Shown here one piece after another: positions 34,415 to 48,987 of a DNA stretch of 64,000 nucleotides. Positions within the stretch are counted from its first letter, which is position 1; each line of letters begins with the position of its first letter. The position numbers and the translations under genes are program-made. The notes under the pieces are model-generated. The model had not been told where the DNA came from and searched no databases. It saw only the letters and a list, made by a program, of their open reading frames with translations. Origin of the DNA: the human T2T-CHM13v2.0 reference genome, Homo sapiens; the NCBI RefSeq assembly GCF_009914755.1, contig NC_060935.1, one strand, 5' to 3'.

Positions 34415-35935
34415 GCATGTGTGCACTCATTGTGTGTGCAGGCGTCTGTAAACACAGCCAGTGCAGGGGTGCGTGTGTGCTGTGTGCGCAGGAGAGTGTA
34501 AACAGTGCACGGGCGCGTGTGTGCTCACTGCGCAGGCATCTGTAAATAGTGCATGGGCGTGTGTGCTCACTGCGCAGGCATCTGTAAACAGTGCATGGGC
34601 ATGTGTGCTCACTGTGTGCACAGGCGTCTGTAAACTGCACGGGCGTGTGTGTGTGTGTGCAGGCGAGCGTAAACAGTGCACGGATGCGTGTGCTCACCGT
34701 GTGCGCAGGCGAGTGTAAGTGCACGGGTGTGTGTGCTGTGCGCAGGCGAGTGTAAACTGCACGGGCGCGTGTGCTCACCGTGTGCGCAGGCGAGTGTAAA
34801 CAGTGCACGGGTGCGTGTGCTCACTGTGCGCAGGCGTCTGTAAACAGTGCACGGGCGTGTGTGTGCTCACTGCGCAGGCGAGTGTAAACTGCACGGGCGC
34901 GTGTGTGCTCACTGTGTGCGCAGGCGAGCGTAAACTGCACGGGCACGTGTGCTCACTGCGCAGGCGAGCGTAAACAGTGCACGGGCGCGTGTGTGCTCAC
35001 TGTGTGCGCAGGCGAGTGTAAACTGCACGGGCACGTGTGCTTACTGTGCACAGGCGAGTGTAAACAGTGCACGGGCGCGTGTGCTCACTGTGTGCGCAGG
35101 CGAGTGTAAGTGCACGGGCGTGTGTGCTCACTGCGCAGGCGAGTGTAAACTGCACAGGCGCGTGTGTGCTCACTGTGCGCAGGCGAGTGTAAACTGCACG
35201 GGCGCGTGTGTGCTCACTGCGCAGGCGAGTTTAAACAGTGCACGGGCGCGTGTGTGCTCACTGTGTGCGCAGGCGAGTGTAAGTGCACGAGCGCGTGTGT
35301 GCTCACTGCGCAGGCGTCTGTAAACAGTGCATGGGCATGTGTGCTGTGTGTGTGCAGGCGACCGTAAACAGTGCACGGACGCGTGTGTGCTCACCGTGTG
35401 CGCAGGCGAGTGTAAACAGTGCACGGGTGTGTGTGCTCACTGTGCAGGCGAGTGTAAACTGCACAGGCGCGTGTGCTCACCGTGTGCGCAGGCGAGTGTA
35501 AACAGTGCACGGGCGCGTGTGCTCACCGTGTGCGCAGGCGTGTAAACTGCACGGGCGCGTGTGCTCACTGCGCAGGCGAGTGTAAACAGTGCACGGGCGC
35601 GTGTGTGCTCACTGTGCGCAGGCGAGTTTAAACAGCGCACGGGCGCGTGTGTGCTCACTGCGCAGGCGAGTGTAAACTGCACGGGCGCGTGTGCTCACTG
35701 CGCAGGCGAGCGTAAACAGTGCACGGGCGCGCGTGTGCTCACCGTGCGCGCAGGCGAGCGTAAACAGTGCACGGGCGCGCGTGTGCTCACCGTGCGCGCA
35801 GGCGAGCGTAAGCAGTGCACGGGCGCGCGTGCTCACCGTGCGCGCAGGCGAGTGTAAACAGTGCACGGGCGTGTGTGTTCACCGTGTGCACAGGCGAGTG
35901 TAAACACAGCTGGTGCCCTGGTGCGTGTGTGCTGT
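34415..35935. repeat. 1.5-kb CpG/TG-rich minisatellite, ~42-46-bp unit
   Basis: Unit gtgtgctcactgtgcgcaggcgagtgtaaacagtgcacgggcgc. Confidence 0.96.
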
Positions 35936-36374
35936 GAGCACAGGTGTCTGTAAATGATGTAAACCTCCCTTGACGTCAGGCCCAAAAGCCTGCCTTGCCC
36001 TAAGGTCAAGAGGTGTATCTGGCTGATGCCAGCGTCTGGGTGAGGAAAGAGCAGGTTCCACAAGGGCGACTCCTGTGAGGGTGTTGGCCTGAGCGCGCAT
36101 GCGGGGAGGGGTCGGGGTGGGGGCGGCGCGCCGCAGTAACTCAGGGCCCCATCCCGCTCCCGTCTGTCCAGCGGTCCTAGACCCCCATGTCCTGAAGCGC
36201 ACCTGTGCCCACCTGGCCCCGGGGAGCACAGGTGTGGAGATGGGGTGTCGTGCCTGGGGGTTCCTTCCCCACGCGCTGCCCCACCAGGATTTCCCTGGGG
36301 TGGGGAGGGCTGCTGAGACAGGGCGCTGCCCTCCTCCAGGGTGACTGAGATGCAGTTTACAACCATGATCTCCT

Positions 36375-36699
<325 letters not shown>

Positions 36700-36752
36700 T
36701 CAAGTTGCCACCACTAACTGTAGCCCCGCTGACGGGGGCACTGGCCTTGCAG

Positions 36753-36887
36753 ACTGTCCAGGACGGCCGGCAGTTTCTAAAGTATGTTGACCCCAAGCTG
36801 GGAGTCCCACTGCCAGAGAGAGACTACGGGGGAAACTGCCTCATCTACGACCCAGACAATGAGACTGACCCCTTTCACAACATCTGG
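36753..36887 (+). CDS. PTDSS2: PTDSS2 exon 5 (135 nt)
   Basis: ttgcag| ... |gtaaga; encodes [45 protein letters not shown]. Confidence 0.96.
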
Positions 36888-37233
36888 GTAAGACGCCGGG
36901 GGCCCTGAGGCGAGTCCCTCCCCAGGTGTGGCCCCGTGCCGGACCAGGCACCATCCACGCTCCTGCCTCGCACCCCTCAGCCCACACTTGGGGTCTCCTG
37001 GTGCAGAGATGTGCCGAGGCCCTGTCCGTCTGGATGGTGCTCATGGTGGGCAGGGGGCCCCTGCTCTCTAGGCTGTCGTGGACGTGGTCTCCACAGGCCA
37101 CGGCAGCACCTGTGAGTCCCTGGCCTTCTTCCCGGGGTCTGGCAGGTGCTGCTCAGGTGTGGGCTGATCTGCCGGTGTGGGGAGTGGGGGTGGCTGTGCC
37201 CCAGGGTCAAGGGTCATACCCTGTCGCCCACAG

Positions 37234-37284
37234 GACAAGTTGGATGGCTTTGTTCCCGCGCACTTTCTTGGCTGGTACCTGAAG
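37234..37284 (+). CDS. PTDSS2: PTDSS2 exon 6 (51 nt)
   Basis: cacag| ... |gtacgg; encodes DKLDGFVPAHFLGWYLK. Confidence 0.95.
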
Positions 37285-37783
37285 GTACGGCACCTCCTCT
37301 TCCCGGCCTCCCCGCCCCGGTTCTGAGGCCTGCCGTGGGCTCTGGACCGTTTCTGTCCATGGAGTTGAGCTCAGGGTGCTCTGAGTGTGGTGGGAGGGTG
37401 TCGCACTGCAGCCACCCAGAGGTTCGAGAAGCCGTGGGGCTCCCGGACCTCCCAGAAGCCCTGATCCTGGTCGGGTCCCCGCTCCGTCCTCAGGGTCGGG
37501 GCGGTGGAAAGAGGCGGCAGGGCAGGAAGTCCCGCCCCTGCCTGGGCTTGGGCACTGCCCCATCCCACTTCTGAGGGACCCTGTGCTACCTATGGGGCTA
37601 AGAGCAGTGCCTGCTTGACCCTGCAGCCCACCCTGGCAGAGTTTGGTGTCAGGCCCCGGGCACGGGGATGCTGCCTTGTTTGCTGACAGTCGTACATCGA
37701 GGCTGCTGGAGGGGCAGCCACCCACCCCACGCTCACCCTGAGACCTCACTGGGGGCCCTGCCAGTGCTGTCGACTCCAAGAAT

Positions 37784-37996
37784 GCTGCCAGCCGGGGTGG
37801 GGGCTGCACGCACCCGTGGGCAGGGCCGGGCGTGGCCTGCGTCCCATACTCTGGCTGCCAGCCGGGTGGGGGCTGCACGCACCCGTGGGCAGGGCCGGGC
37901 GTGGCCGGCGTCCCATACTCTGGCTGCCAGCCGGGGTGGGGGCTGCACGCACCCGTGGGCAGGGCCGGGTGTGGCCGGCGTCCCATACTCTGGCTG
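37784..37996. repeat. ~70-bp tandem repeat x3 abutting the PTDSS2 exon 7 acceptor
   Basis: gctgccagccggggtgggggctgcacgcacccgtggg...cccatactctg starts at 37784, 37854 and 37923. Confidence 0.92.
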
Positions 37997-38012
37997 ACCC
38001 TGGCGCCCACAG

Positions 38013-38126
38013 ACCCTGATGATCCGAGACTGGTGGATGTGCATGATCATCAGCGTGATGTTCGAGTTCCTGGAGTACAGCCTGGAGCACCAGCTGCCCA
38101 ACTTCAGCGAGTGCTGGTGGGATCAC
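38013..38126 (+). CDS. PTDSS2: PTDSS2 exon 7 (114 nt), conserved PSS core motif
   Basis: cacag| ... |gtaggt; encodes [38 protein letters not shown] (the HQLPNFxECWWD motif of base-exchange PS synthases). Confidence 0.97.
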
Positions 38127-38342
38127 GTAGGTGCCAGCACAGCCCCCGGGGCAGTCGGTGCAGGCTGAGGGGCATTCTCGGAACCCCTGTGCCCAGCGCG
38201 GCCCCTGGACCCCCTCATTCTCCCCGGGGGGCAGTGGGTGCAGGCTGAGGGGCATTCTCGGTTCCCCTGTGCTCTTCCGGGGTCCTCCTCGGGGGGCTCG
38301 TTACCCCTCACCCCTGCAACGAGTGCTGGCCCCTCCCTGCAG

Positions 38343-38461
38343 TGGATCATGGACGTGCTCGTCTGCAACGGGCTGGGCATCTACTGCGGCATGAAGACCC
38401 TTGAGTGGCTGTCCCTGAAGACGTACAAGTGGCAGGGCCTCTGGAACATTCCGACCTACAA
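38343..38461 (+). CDS. PTDSS2: PTDSS2 exon 8 (119 nt)
   Basis: ctgcag| ... |gtacgt; encodes [39 protein letters not shown](K). Confidence 0.96.
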
Positions 38462-39213
38462 GTACGTCGTGGGGGCTGCGAGGGCAGGGCCGGGTGGGGG
38501 TTACCTGGAGGCAGCCTCAGCGTCCGTGCTCCAGCAGACCCCGAGCACCAGGCCCGTCCAGTGTGCGGCTCAGGAGGGGTGACCGTGGGGCTTTGCCTCC
38601 TGGAACCTCCCTCTGACCTGGTGTCACTCAAGCCCGGCCGCCCCTCACAGTGGCCATGGCGTCTGACCCACGTACCTCCCTCCTCAATCCCCGGCCGGCC
38701 TGGCGCAGGGGCTGTGGGATCATTCCGTGCTTCTCCCTCCCTTGGTTGCTTTGGTTATGAAATAGTTGCAGGTACTTTGTCATTATGACTTTGGAATTTA
38801 AAAAAGAAACAGAAGTCTAAGGAAAGGCCTGGGGGACGGGGGTCTCCCCTCCTGCCTGTGGGTGCCCCGGCTCTGCCTGGCTCTGCAGACATGGCTAGCT
38901 CACGGCACCGTGGAGCGCCCTCTGAGGCGCTGCAGCCACTGCTCAAGCTGGAAGAGACTGAACAGCAGAGGGCCGTGGAGAAGCAGGGCTTGTAGCTGGG
39001 TGGCCAGACCTCGGAGAACAGCCGGGCAGCAGCTGGGTAACCAGGAACAGAGTCTGTGGCCCGATGGCACAGGGCGGGGCGGGGTGACCAAGAGCAGAGC
39101 TCGTCCGATGGCACAGGGCGGGGCCGGGTGACCAGGAACAGTCTGTTGCCCGATGGCACAGGGCAGGGTTCGGTGGGCTGCCTTCCTCAGGCTGCCGGCT
39201 CTGTGGTTCCCAG

Positions 39214-39328
39214 GGGCAAGATGAAGAGGATCGCCTTCCAGTTCACGCCGTACAGCTGGGTTCGCTTCGAGTGGAAGCCGGCCTCCAGCCTGCGTCGCTG
39301 GCTGGCCGTGTGCGGCATCATCCTGGTG
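39214..39328 (+). CDS. PTDSS2: PTDSS2 exon 9 (115 nt)
   Basis: cccag| ... |gtaagg; encodes [38 protein letters not shown]. Confidence 0.96.
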
Positions 39329-39401
39329 GTAAGGCCGGGCTGCCTCGCGATGGCGCGGCGGGCGGGGGGCCAGAGCTGGTGCTCACCCTCTCCTCCCCTA
39401 G

Positions 39402-39547
39402 TTCCTGTTGGCAGAACTGAACACGTTCTACCTGAAGTTTGTGCTGTGGATGCCCCCGGAGCACTACCTGGTCCTCCTGCGGCTCGTCTTCTTCGTGAAC
39501 GTGGGTGGCGTGGCCATGCGTGAGATCTACGACTTCATGGATGACCC
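39402..39547 (+). CDS. PTDSS2: PTDSS2 exon 10 (146 nt), after a 73-nt intron
   Basis: ccctag| ... |gtgagg; encodes [48 protein letters not shown](P). Confidence 0.96.
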
Positions 39548-39696
39548 GTGAGGGCTGCGGCAGTCCGGGTGGAGACACCCCCGGGGGGCAGGGGCCGGAG
39601 GGCTGGGGAGCAGAGCCTGGGAGGCCGGAGCCTGGGCAAGTCCGCCTGGAGGACCCTGCGGGGCCCGGGACGCTGAACCCCCTGCTGCCCCTGCAG

Positions 39697-39882
39697 GAAG
39701 CCCCACAAGAAGCTGGGCCCGCAGGCCTGGCTGGTGGCGGCCATCACGGCCACGGAGCTGCTCATCGTGGTGAAGTACGACCCCCACACGCTCACCCTGT
39801 CCCTGCCCTTCTACATCTCCCAGTGCTGGACCCTCGGCTCCGTCCTGGCGCTCACCTGGACCGTCTGGCGCTTCTTCCTGCG
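39697..39882 (+). CDS. PTDSS2: PTDSS2 exon 11 (186 nt)
   Basis: ctgcag| ... |gtgagt; encodes [61 protein letters not shown](R). Confidence 0.96.
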
Positions 39883-40233
39883 GTGAGTCAGGGCAGGGCG
39901 CGTATGTTCTGAAGGAGGGCCGCTGTCCGGGTCCCTTGGCACAGGCACTGTGGGAGTTTGGTGTCGTTGGTGTCTCACTGTCCCTGCTTCAACCCTCTGG
40001 CCGCCTCTGCGGGAGGCGCCTTTCCTGACCCAGCCCTCGGGGCCTTCGCTCTGCACTGACAGATCCAGGCTCCTCAGGGCTCCAGTCTGCCACGGCTGCC
40101 GTCCCAGGGCCAGGGTACCCGGCACCCACCCAGTCCATTCCGGACCTCCACAGGGACTAGGTGCCAGCTGTCCATGGGGCCTGCAGTGGGGCTGGTGTGG
40201 GGGCAGGTGGTGACGCTGCATCCCGCTCCCCAG

Positions 40234-40396
40234 GGACATCACATTGAGGTACAAGGAGACCCGGTGGCAGAAGTGGCAGAACAAGGATGACCAGGGCAGC
40301 ACCGTCGGCAACGGGGACCAGCACCCACTGGGGCTGGACGAAGACCTGCTGGGGCCTGGGGTGGCCGAGGGCGAGGGAGCACCAACTCCAAACTGA
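40234..40396 (+). CDS. PTDSS2: PTDSS2 exon 12, coding part to TGA
   Basis: cccag| acceptor; encodes [53 protein letters not shown]; TGA at 40394-40396. Confidence 0.95.
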
Positions 40397-40574
40397 CCTG
40401 GGCCGTGGCTGCCTCGTGAGCCTCCCAGAGCCCAGGCCTCCGTGGCCTCCTCCTGTGTGAGTCCCACCAGGAGCCACGTGCCCGGCCTTGCCCTCAAGGT
40501 TTTTTGCTTTTCTCCTGTGCACCTGGCGAGGCTGAAGGCGAGGGGTGGAGGAGGCCCCAGCACAGCCTCATCTC

Positions 40575-40664
40575 CATGTGTACACGTGTGTACGTGTGTA
40601 TGCGTGTGTGTACGTGTGTATGCGTGTGTGTACGCGTGTGTACGTGCGTGTGTACACATGCGTG
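40575..40664 (+). repeat. 90-bp alternating purine-pyrimidine (TG/TA/CG) tract in the PTDSS2 3'UTR
   Basis: catgtgtacacgtgtgtacg...gtgtacacatgcgtg with unbroken alternation. Confidence 0.92.
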
Positions 40665-41189
40665 GCCGCCTGTGGTGTGCACGTGTGCTCTGGGCTCCGA
40701 GGCTTCTCCAGAGCTGGGAGCTGGCTGGCGTGGCAAGGGCATGCTCTGGGGCAGTGTGTCCCTCAGGAACCAGGGTCCTCCCTCCCCTTTCTGCCTGGTC
40801 AGCCCCGTGGCCTCTGGCCCACCAAGCTCCCTGTCACCCAGCCATGGTGTGGTCCAGGCAGGGACATCTCGGTACCCTTTCTGCACTCCGTGGGCCCTGG
40901 GTGCGCTGAGGCCTGGAGGCGTCTACACTGGCTCCACATCCACTTCCCCCGCAGCTCGTGTGGGCGCTCGTCCACAAACACTCCGTGGCTGAGAGGCAGC
41001 GGATCCAGGCAGCGATGCTGAGCCACCTCCTCCGAGCCTTCCTTTCACACAGACCACCCCGGAGGACACGTGGATGATGGGGTCAGAGATCACTGAGCTG
41101 CCCCTCAAGGGGGCCTGGAACCCGGGTGCTGGGGTCATGCTGCCTCCGTGGCTCCAAGGTGAGGGTCCTCTTCACGAGCAAAGAGAACC

Positions 41190-41195
41190 AATAAA
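41190..41195 (+). terminator. PTDSS2: PTDSS2 polyadenylation signal AATAAA
   Basis: First AATAAA after the stop codon (3'UTR about 0.8 kb), with GU-rich sequence downstream. Confidence 0.85.
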
Positions 41196-41476
41196 GTGAC
41201 AACGAACGTCTGAGGCTTCCAGCCCTCCCCCCAGCTCCCCGTGTCCTGCTTTGGGGTCCAGTGCAGCCCTCCAGCCTGCCCTCATGCCCAGTGCCCACTT
41301 GGGGAAAACCACACAGAGGACAGGAGGCACTCAGCCTCTGCACCTGAGCAAAGACTTGGCGCCTGCCCCGCCCCACCCCCCAGAGAGAGCAGGTGCCAGA
41401 TGCAGCCCCTCTCCCATTCTCCAGGAGGGTCCAGGTGGCACCCACCCTCTGCTGCGCTTGTCCAAGGGCTGGCGGC

Positions 41477-41673
41477 CACTGGGCAGTGGACACAGGATTC
41501 CTGGGGTACTGTGTTTGTCCCAGGCTGGCAGACACTGGGCAGTGGACACAGGATTCCTGGGGTGCTGTGTTTGTCCCAGGCTGGCAGACACTGGGCAGTG
41601 GACACAGGATTCCTGGGGTGCTGTGTTTGTCCCAGGCTGGCAGACACTGGGCAGTGGACACAGGATTCCTGGG
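41477..41673. repeat. 56-bp tandem repeat x3.5
   Basis: Unit cactgggcagtggacacaggattcctggggtgctgtgtttgtcccaggctggcaga. Confidence 0.92.
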
Positions 41674-41699
41674 GAGGGGCAGCCGCCTTCTCGGGCCAC

Positions 41700-42160
41700 T
41701 ATTTTTATGTTTTTTTTTCTTTTTCTTTCCTTCCTTTTTGTGGAGAACGGGGTCTCGCTATATTGCCCAGGCAGATCTTGAACTCCTGGGTTCAAGTGAT
41801 CCTCCTGCCTCTGCCTCCCTGAGAGCTGGGATTACAGGCGTGAGCCACCATGCCCAGCTTGAGCCACTATTTTTTTGAGATGGAGTCTCACTCTGTCAGC
41901 CAGGCTGGAGTGCAGTGGCGCGATCTTGGCTCACTGCAACCTCTGCCTCCTAGGTTCAAGTAATTCTGCCTCAGCCTCCCAAGTAGCTGGGATTACAGGC
42001 GCATGCCACCATGCCCGGCTAATTTTAGTATTTTTAGTACAGATGGGGTTTCACCATGTTGGCCAGGCTGGTCTTGAACTCCCAACCTCAGGTGATCCAC
42101 CCGCCTTGGCCTCCCGAAGTGCTGGGATTACAGGCGTGAGCCACCGCGCCCAGCCAGGCC
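41700..42160 (-). mobile_element. Alu monomer plus AluS-like element
   Basis: Alu consensus. Confidence 0.88.
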
Positions 42161-43039
42161 ACTATTTCTAAAACTTTACCATGAAAATTTTCAAACACAA
42201 ATGGAGAGAAAAGGGGTTCCCTGAGCCCTGTTCCTAGCTGGAGGGGGTAGTAAGGGGTGTTGATGGCTGATTGGACACAGCCTGGGGGGACTCCGGGAGC
42301 CATTTGCACCCACACCCCCGGGTCTGCCTCGGGGCCCCAGGCGTCAAAAAGCTTTACTTTTAGTATTTTTCCTTGACTACTTTTGGGGAAAATTTCAACC
42401 CCTCTAAGTCAAGGGCTGTAATGTGGAGCACACACAAGAGCAGCCTCTGGGGCTCAGCAGGAAGACGTCCGGTGTGGCCACCGCGCCTAGCAGTCCTCTT
42501 TCCAGTCACGGCCACTCACAGCTTTGGCCTCCGTGGCCCTGCACGGATGAGTTCTTCCAGCTGCCCTGCCCTGCGTGCTGCAGGACACATGGGGCCTTAG
42601 CATTCTGCTCTTTGCAGGTGGCAGCTTTGATCGCTCAGGAGGAACTGCCACCTGATCTCCCCACTGCAGGGGCCCCCACTCCCCCCCTCACGCGCTGCGG
42701 GTCCTGTCACTCCACCCACGCTGTCCATCCCCGCTGATGCTCTGAGCCAGGTGGTAGCAGGTGGGGGTGGCGCCCCGCTCACGGTCACCGTCTGCTCTTC
42801 CCGAGGGGGGCGAGGCAGGGCTTGTGATTAAAGTCCTGTGTTCCGGCGCCCATGTCCCAAAGGCAGCCCCTGGGAGCCCTTCCGGCAGCAACTCAACCCC
42901 AGACAGCGCCCAGGGGCTCTGGTTCCTCACGCGCTGAGATGCTCCGGACTCACCTTGGGCATCTCTCGCCCCAGGCCTGGCGTCACCCATTTCCCCAAGG
43001 AGCTCTGTTCCCCACTGGAGGTCATAGTTAAGAAACTAA

Positions 43040-43640
<601 letters not shown>

Positions 43641-43853
43641 AGGGGGATTGCCAGGCAGCTTCTTTGCAATGAACTTGTAGTTGCTGACTCAGCATCGGAC
43701 CTTTGAAAGCTGGTGAGCGTCCCCCTCTTGGCTTGGCAGGGCAGGGCACCCCGGGCTGGCCCACCTTGGTCAGCTGTCCACCCGTGGGCAAGATGGGCTG
43801 CCCCATCATCCCACACAGAGCTGGGGCGAGCACTGGGCTCCGGGCAGGAACCC

Positions 43854-43909
43854 GGGCCGGGCCGGGCCGCACTGGGCTGGGCTGGGCTGGGCTGGGCTGG
43901 GCTGGGGGG
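43854..43909 (+). repeat. (GGGCC)3 + (GGGCT)6 G-run tract
   Basis: Read directly from the sequence. Confidence 0.9.
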
Positions 43910-44240
43910 CAGTCAGGGCAGTGCTGGGGGCTCCTGAGGCTCCGGGGTGGAAGCTGCGGGAGCAGCTGGGCCTGCAGGCAGCTCCCAGCAGGCGTCACCC
44001 TGCACGGGCAACAGAGCCAAGGGGCATCCCTCCACCCTGGGCAGGGCCTGCCCTGTGCTCCCCAGTGTGGGTGGGTGCAGCTCAGGGGACCCAGCTGAGC
44101 ACAGCCAGGGCCTTGGGCTGCTTCCCTGGTGCGGGGTCCCTTAGGCAGGGAGAGAAGCCAAGTGGGGTGGTGTCGTCTCCAATGCCAGCGCCTCGCAAGG
44201 ACCCCAGGAAGGACAAGAGCCCCTCCTGCCAAGAAAGTGC

Positions 44241-44246
44241 TTTAAT
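44241..44246 (-). terminator. RNH1: RNH1 polyadenylation signal ATTAAA
   Basis: tttaat on + strand = ATTAAA on - strand, about 160 nt after the RNH1 stop codon. Confidence 0.8.
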
Positions 44247-44402
44247 GATTATAAAGTGTCCAAAATATACTGGCAGAAATAAGCGGATCTGAGCGTTTCT
44301 CTTCAAACCTAGGATATGCAGGGTGAGAGCATGGCAGGGGCTGGTGGGCCCCAGGGTTGCCTCGAGGCCGGTCATCCAGGGAGAGCAGCAGCAGGAAGAG
44401 CC

Positions 44403-44905
<503 letters not shown>

Positions 44906-45967
44906 TCACCGTCCCTGTGGCCCTGGGCAGGTTCCCCACCACGGACAAGGAAGGCACAGACAAGCGAGGCACAAGCAGCCTCACTCGCCTGAGACCTTCT
45001 GCAGGGAGGAGAAAGGACAGGAGAGAGATGTCGTCCACCCAGAGAGCCACACCCACCCCCTTGTCACCTCGACACCGTCTGGCTGCGTGGGCTTCAAAGG
45101 AGAAGCCAGCCAGAGACTGAGGAGCAGCTGTGGGGAAACGAGGGTATGGAGGGTACCAAGACAAGAACAGAGTGGACAACAGACTTTAGGCTCCAGAGAG
45201 AGACAAGAGAACGGGTCAGACAAAAGAGGATGGGATAGAGAAGACCCAACACCCACTTCCCGGGGTGGAGCCGCCACAGGCCGGACAGCAGGGCCAAGGA
45301 GTTGCACTGGACCTCTCCAAGGTGGGGGCCAGGGAAGCTGCAGGACCCCCACCCTGTGAGTGGCTCAGGGGGAACAAGTCTGCAGTGACCAGGACCCAAG
45401 GTTCCTCTCCCCATCTGGAACACCCACAAGGTCCTGGCAGCCAGGATGGTGTCCCCTGGCAGGGAACTGAAAATCCCCCATCAGGAGGAAGCCCTCGAGA
45501 AACGCAGCCATGACTCGGCCTGCAGGGCTCACTGTCCAGGGCTCCCGGGCCTCACTCTGCACCTGGTGCCCAGCCCAGGATGACCAGCCACCCACGGAAA
45601 GCCGCTGGCGAGAGGCACACGGGAAACAGCAAACAAAAGACAAAACACTGAGGGTGGAAATTCAGTAGACTGGCTGGTAAATGAGAACATCTCCCAAAAA
45701 TAAAACAAAACATCGAAAAGAAAATTTGGAGAACATAATTAGAGGGTCACTCCACAAGACATAGGACAGGCTCATGGGCACACCAAAAAAGAAACATAAG
45801 AAAGGAGAGAGAAAAAAATCACCAAAGGTATATTTTCTTAGTAGAACCAAGTATCCAGCACAAAGAACCAAGACCCCCATCAAGGCCAAGCACATGGAAC
45901 CCCGAACACAGTGAACAAAGAGAGCTTGAAAAGCTGCCAACGAGAAAAAGCAGATCGTGCACACAAG

Positions 45968-46420
<453 letters not shown>

Positions 46421-46746
46421 GCTATACCCGGCTAAATGATCCAAGGACAGAACAGGGGCACAAGACCCCAAAAATTACCTCCTGCAAAACCTTTTCTTAG
46501 AAAGCTGCAAAAGAACGTGCTTTAACAAAGAAAACAAATCTGGAAAAACATCCTGACACAGGCGGGGTTCCCGCAAGGGAGAAAGGTGGGCGGGGCTTCC
46601 AGGAAGATGGACCACAGGGTGGCCAGGTAGGCTGGAGCTCCGTGAAGCTCTCAGGCTTCATGAAACATGACCTCTGACTTTCAGAGTTAAAATGAGAACT
46701 AAGCCAGAGTGGTGCCGCCAGCCCGCCTTTCCCAGTACATGAACAT

Positions 46747-47708
46747 GCACCCTCACTCTCGCCCATGTGCTCACACTCACATGGACACTCGTGCTCACTC
46801 TCGCCCATGTGCCACACTCACGTGCTCACTCGCCCATGTGCTCACACATGGACACTCGTGCTCACTCTCACCCATGTGCTCACACACGGACACTCGTGCT
46901 CACTCTCACCCATGTGCTCACACACGTACTCTCGCCCATGTGCTCACACACGGACACTCATGCTCACTCTCGCCCATGTGCTCACACACGGACACTCGTG
47001 CTCATTCTTGCCCATGTGCTCACACACGGACCCTCGTGCTCACTCTCACGTGCTCACACACGGACACTCGTGCTCATTCTTGCCCATGTGCTCACACACG
47101 GACCCTCGTGCTCACTCTCACGTGCTCACACACGGACACTCGTGCTCACTCACCCATGTGCTCACACTCGGACACTCGTGCTCTCACCCATGTGCTCACA
47201 CACGGACACTCATGCTCTCTCGCCCATGTGCTCACACACACTCGTGCTCCCTCTCGCCCATGTGCTCACACTCACACGGACACTCGTGCTCATTCTTGCC
47301 CATGTGCTCACACACGGACCCTCGTGCTCACTCTCACGTGCTCACACACGGACACTCGTGCTCATTCTTGCCCATGTGCTCACACACTGACCCTCGTGCT
47401 CACTCTCACGTGCTCACACACGGACACTCGTGCTCACTCTCACCCATGTGCTCACACACACGTGCTCACCCATGTGCTCACACACGGACACTCGTGCTCA
47501 TTCTTGCCCATGTGCTCACACACGGACCCTCGTGCTCACGTGCTCACACGGACACGTGCTCACTCTCACGTGCTCACGGACACCCATGCTCACACTCATA
47601 TGCTCACACACGTGCTCACACTCGCCTCACCCATGTGTGCTCACATACACACGGACACTCGTGCTCACACAGATACTCGTGCACTCTCGCCCTTGTGTGC
47701 ACACACGG
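46747..47708. repeat. ~38-bp CA-rich minisatellite (~25 copies) in an RNH1 intron
   Basis: Unit ctcacacacggacactcgtgctcactctcgcccatgtg. Confidence 0.95.
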
Positions 47709-47754
47709 GCATATGATCTCCCAAATGTGCATACTCGTGTCCCTCACACACTCA

Positions 47755-48090
<336 letters not shown>

Positions 48091-48240
48091 TCAAACCACA
48101 GGCTGCTCCCTGGCCTATGCATTCTGAAGGTCGGAGCTGAGCCCAGCAGCTTCCCTGGAGTCGCTCACTCCTCCCCTGGTCTCCTCGGTCACCCTGGCCC
48201 TCTCTTGGGCGACAGGGCCCTGCCCCAACAGCCACACTCA

Positions 48241-48453
<213 letters not shown>

Positions 48454-48546
48454 TCATGGCCTGAGATGAGCCCAGGGGCGGGGGAGAGCTCTGAGGACGG
48501 CCCGCCGCCCGACCCTCCGGGAAGGAGGCCTCGCGGAGATGACTCA

Positions 48547-48795
<249 letters not shown>

Positions 48796-48798
48796 CTA

Positions 48799-48987
<189 letters not shown>

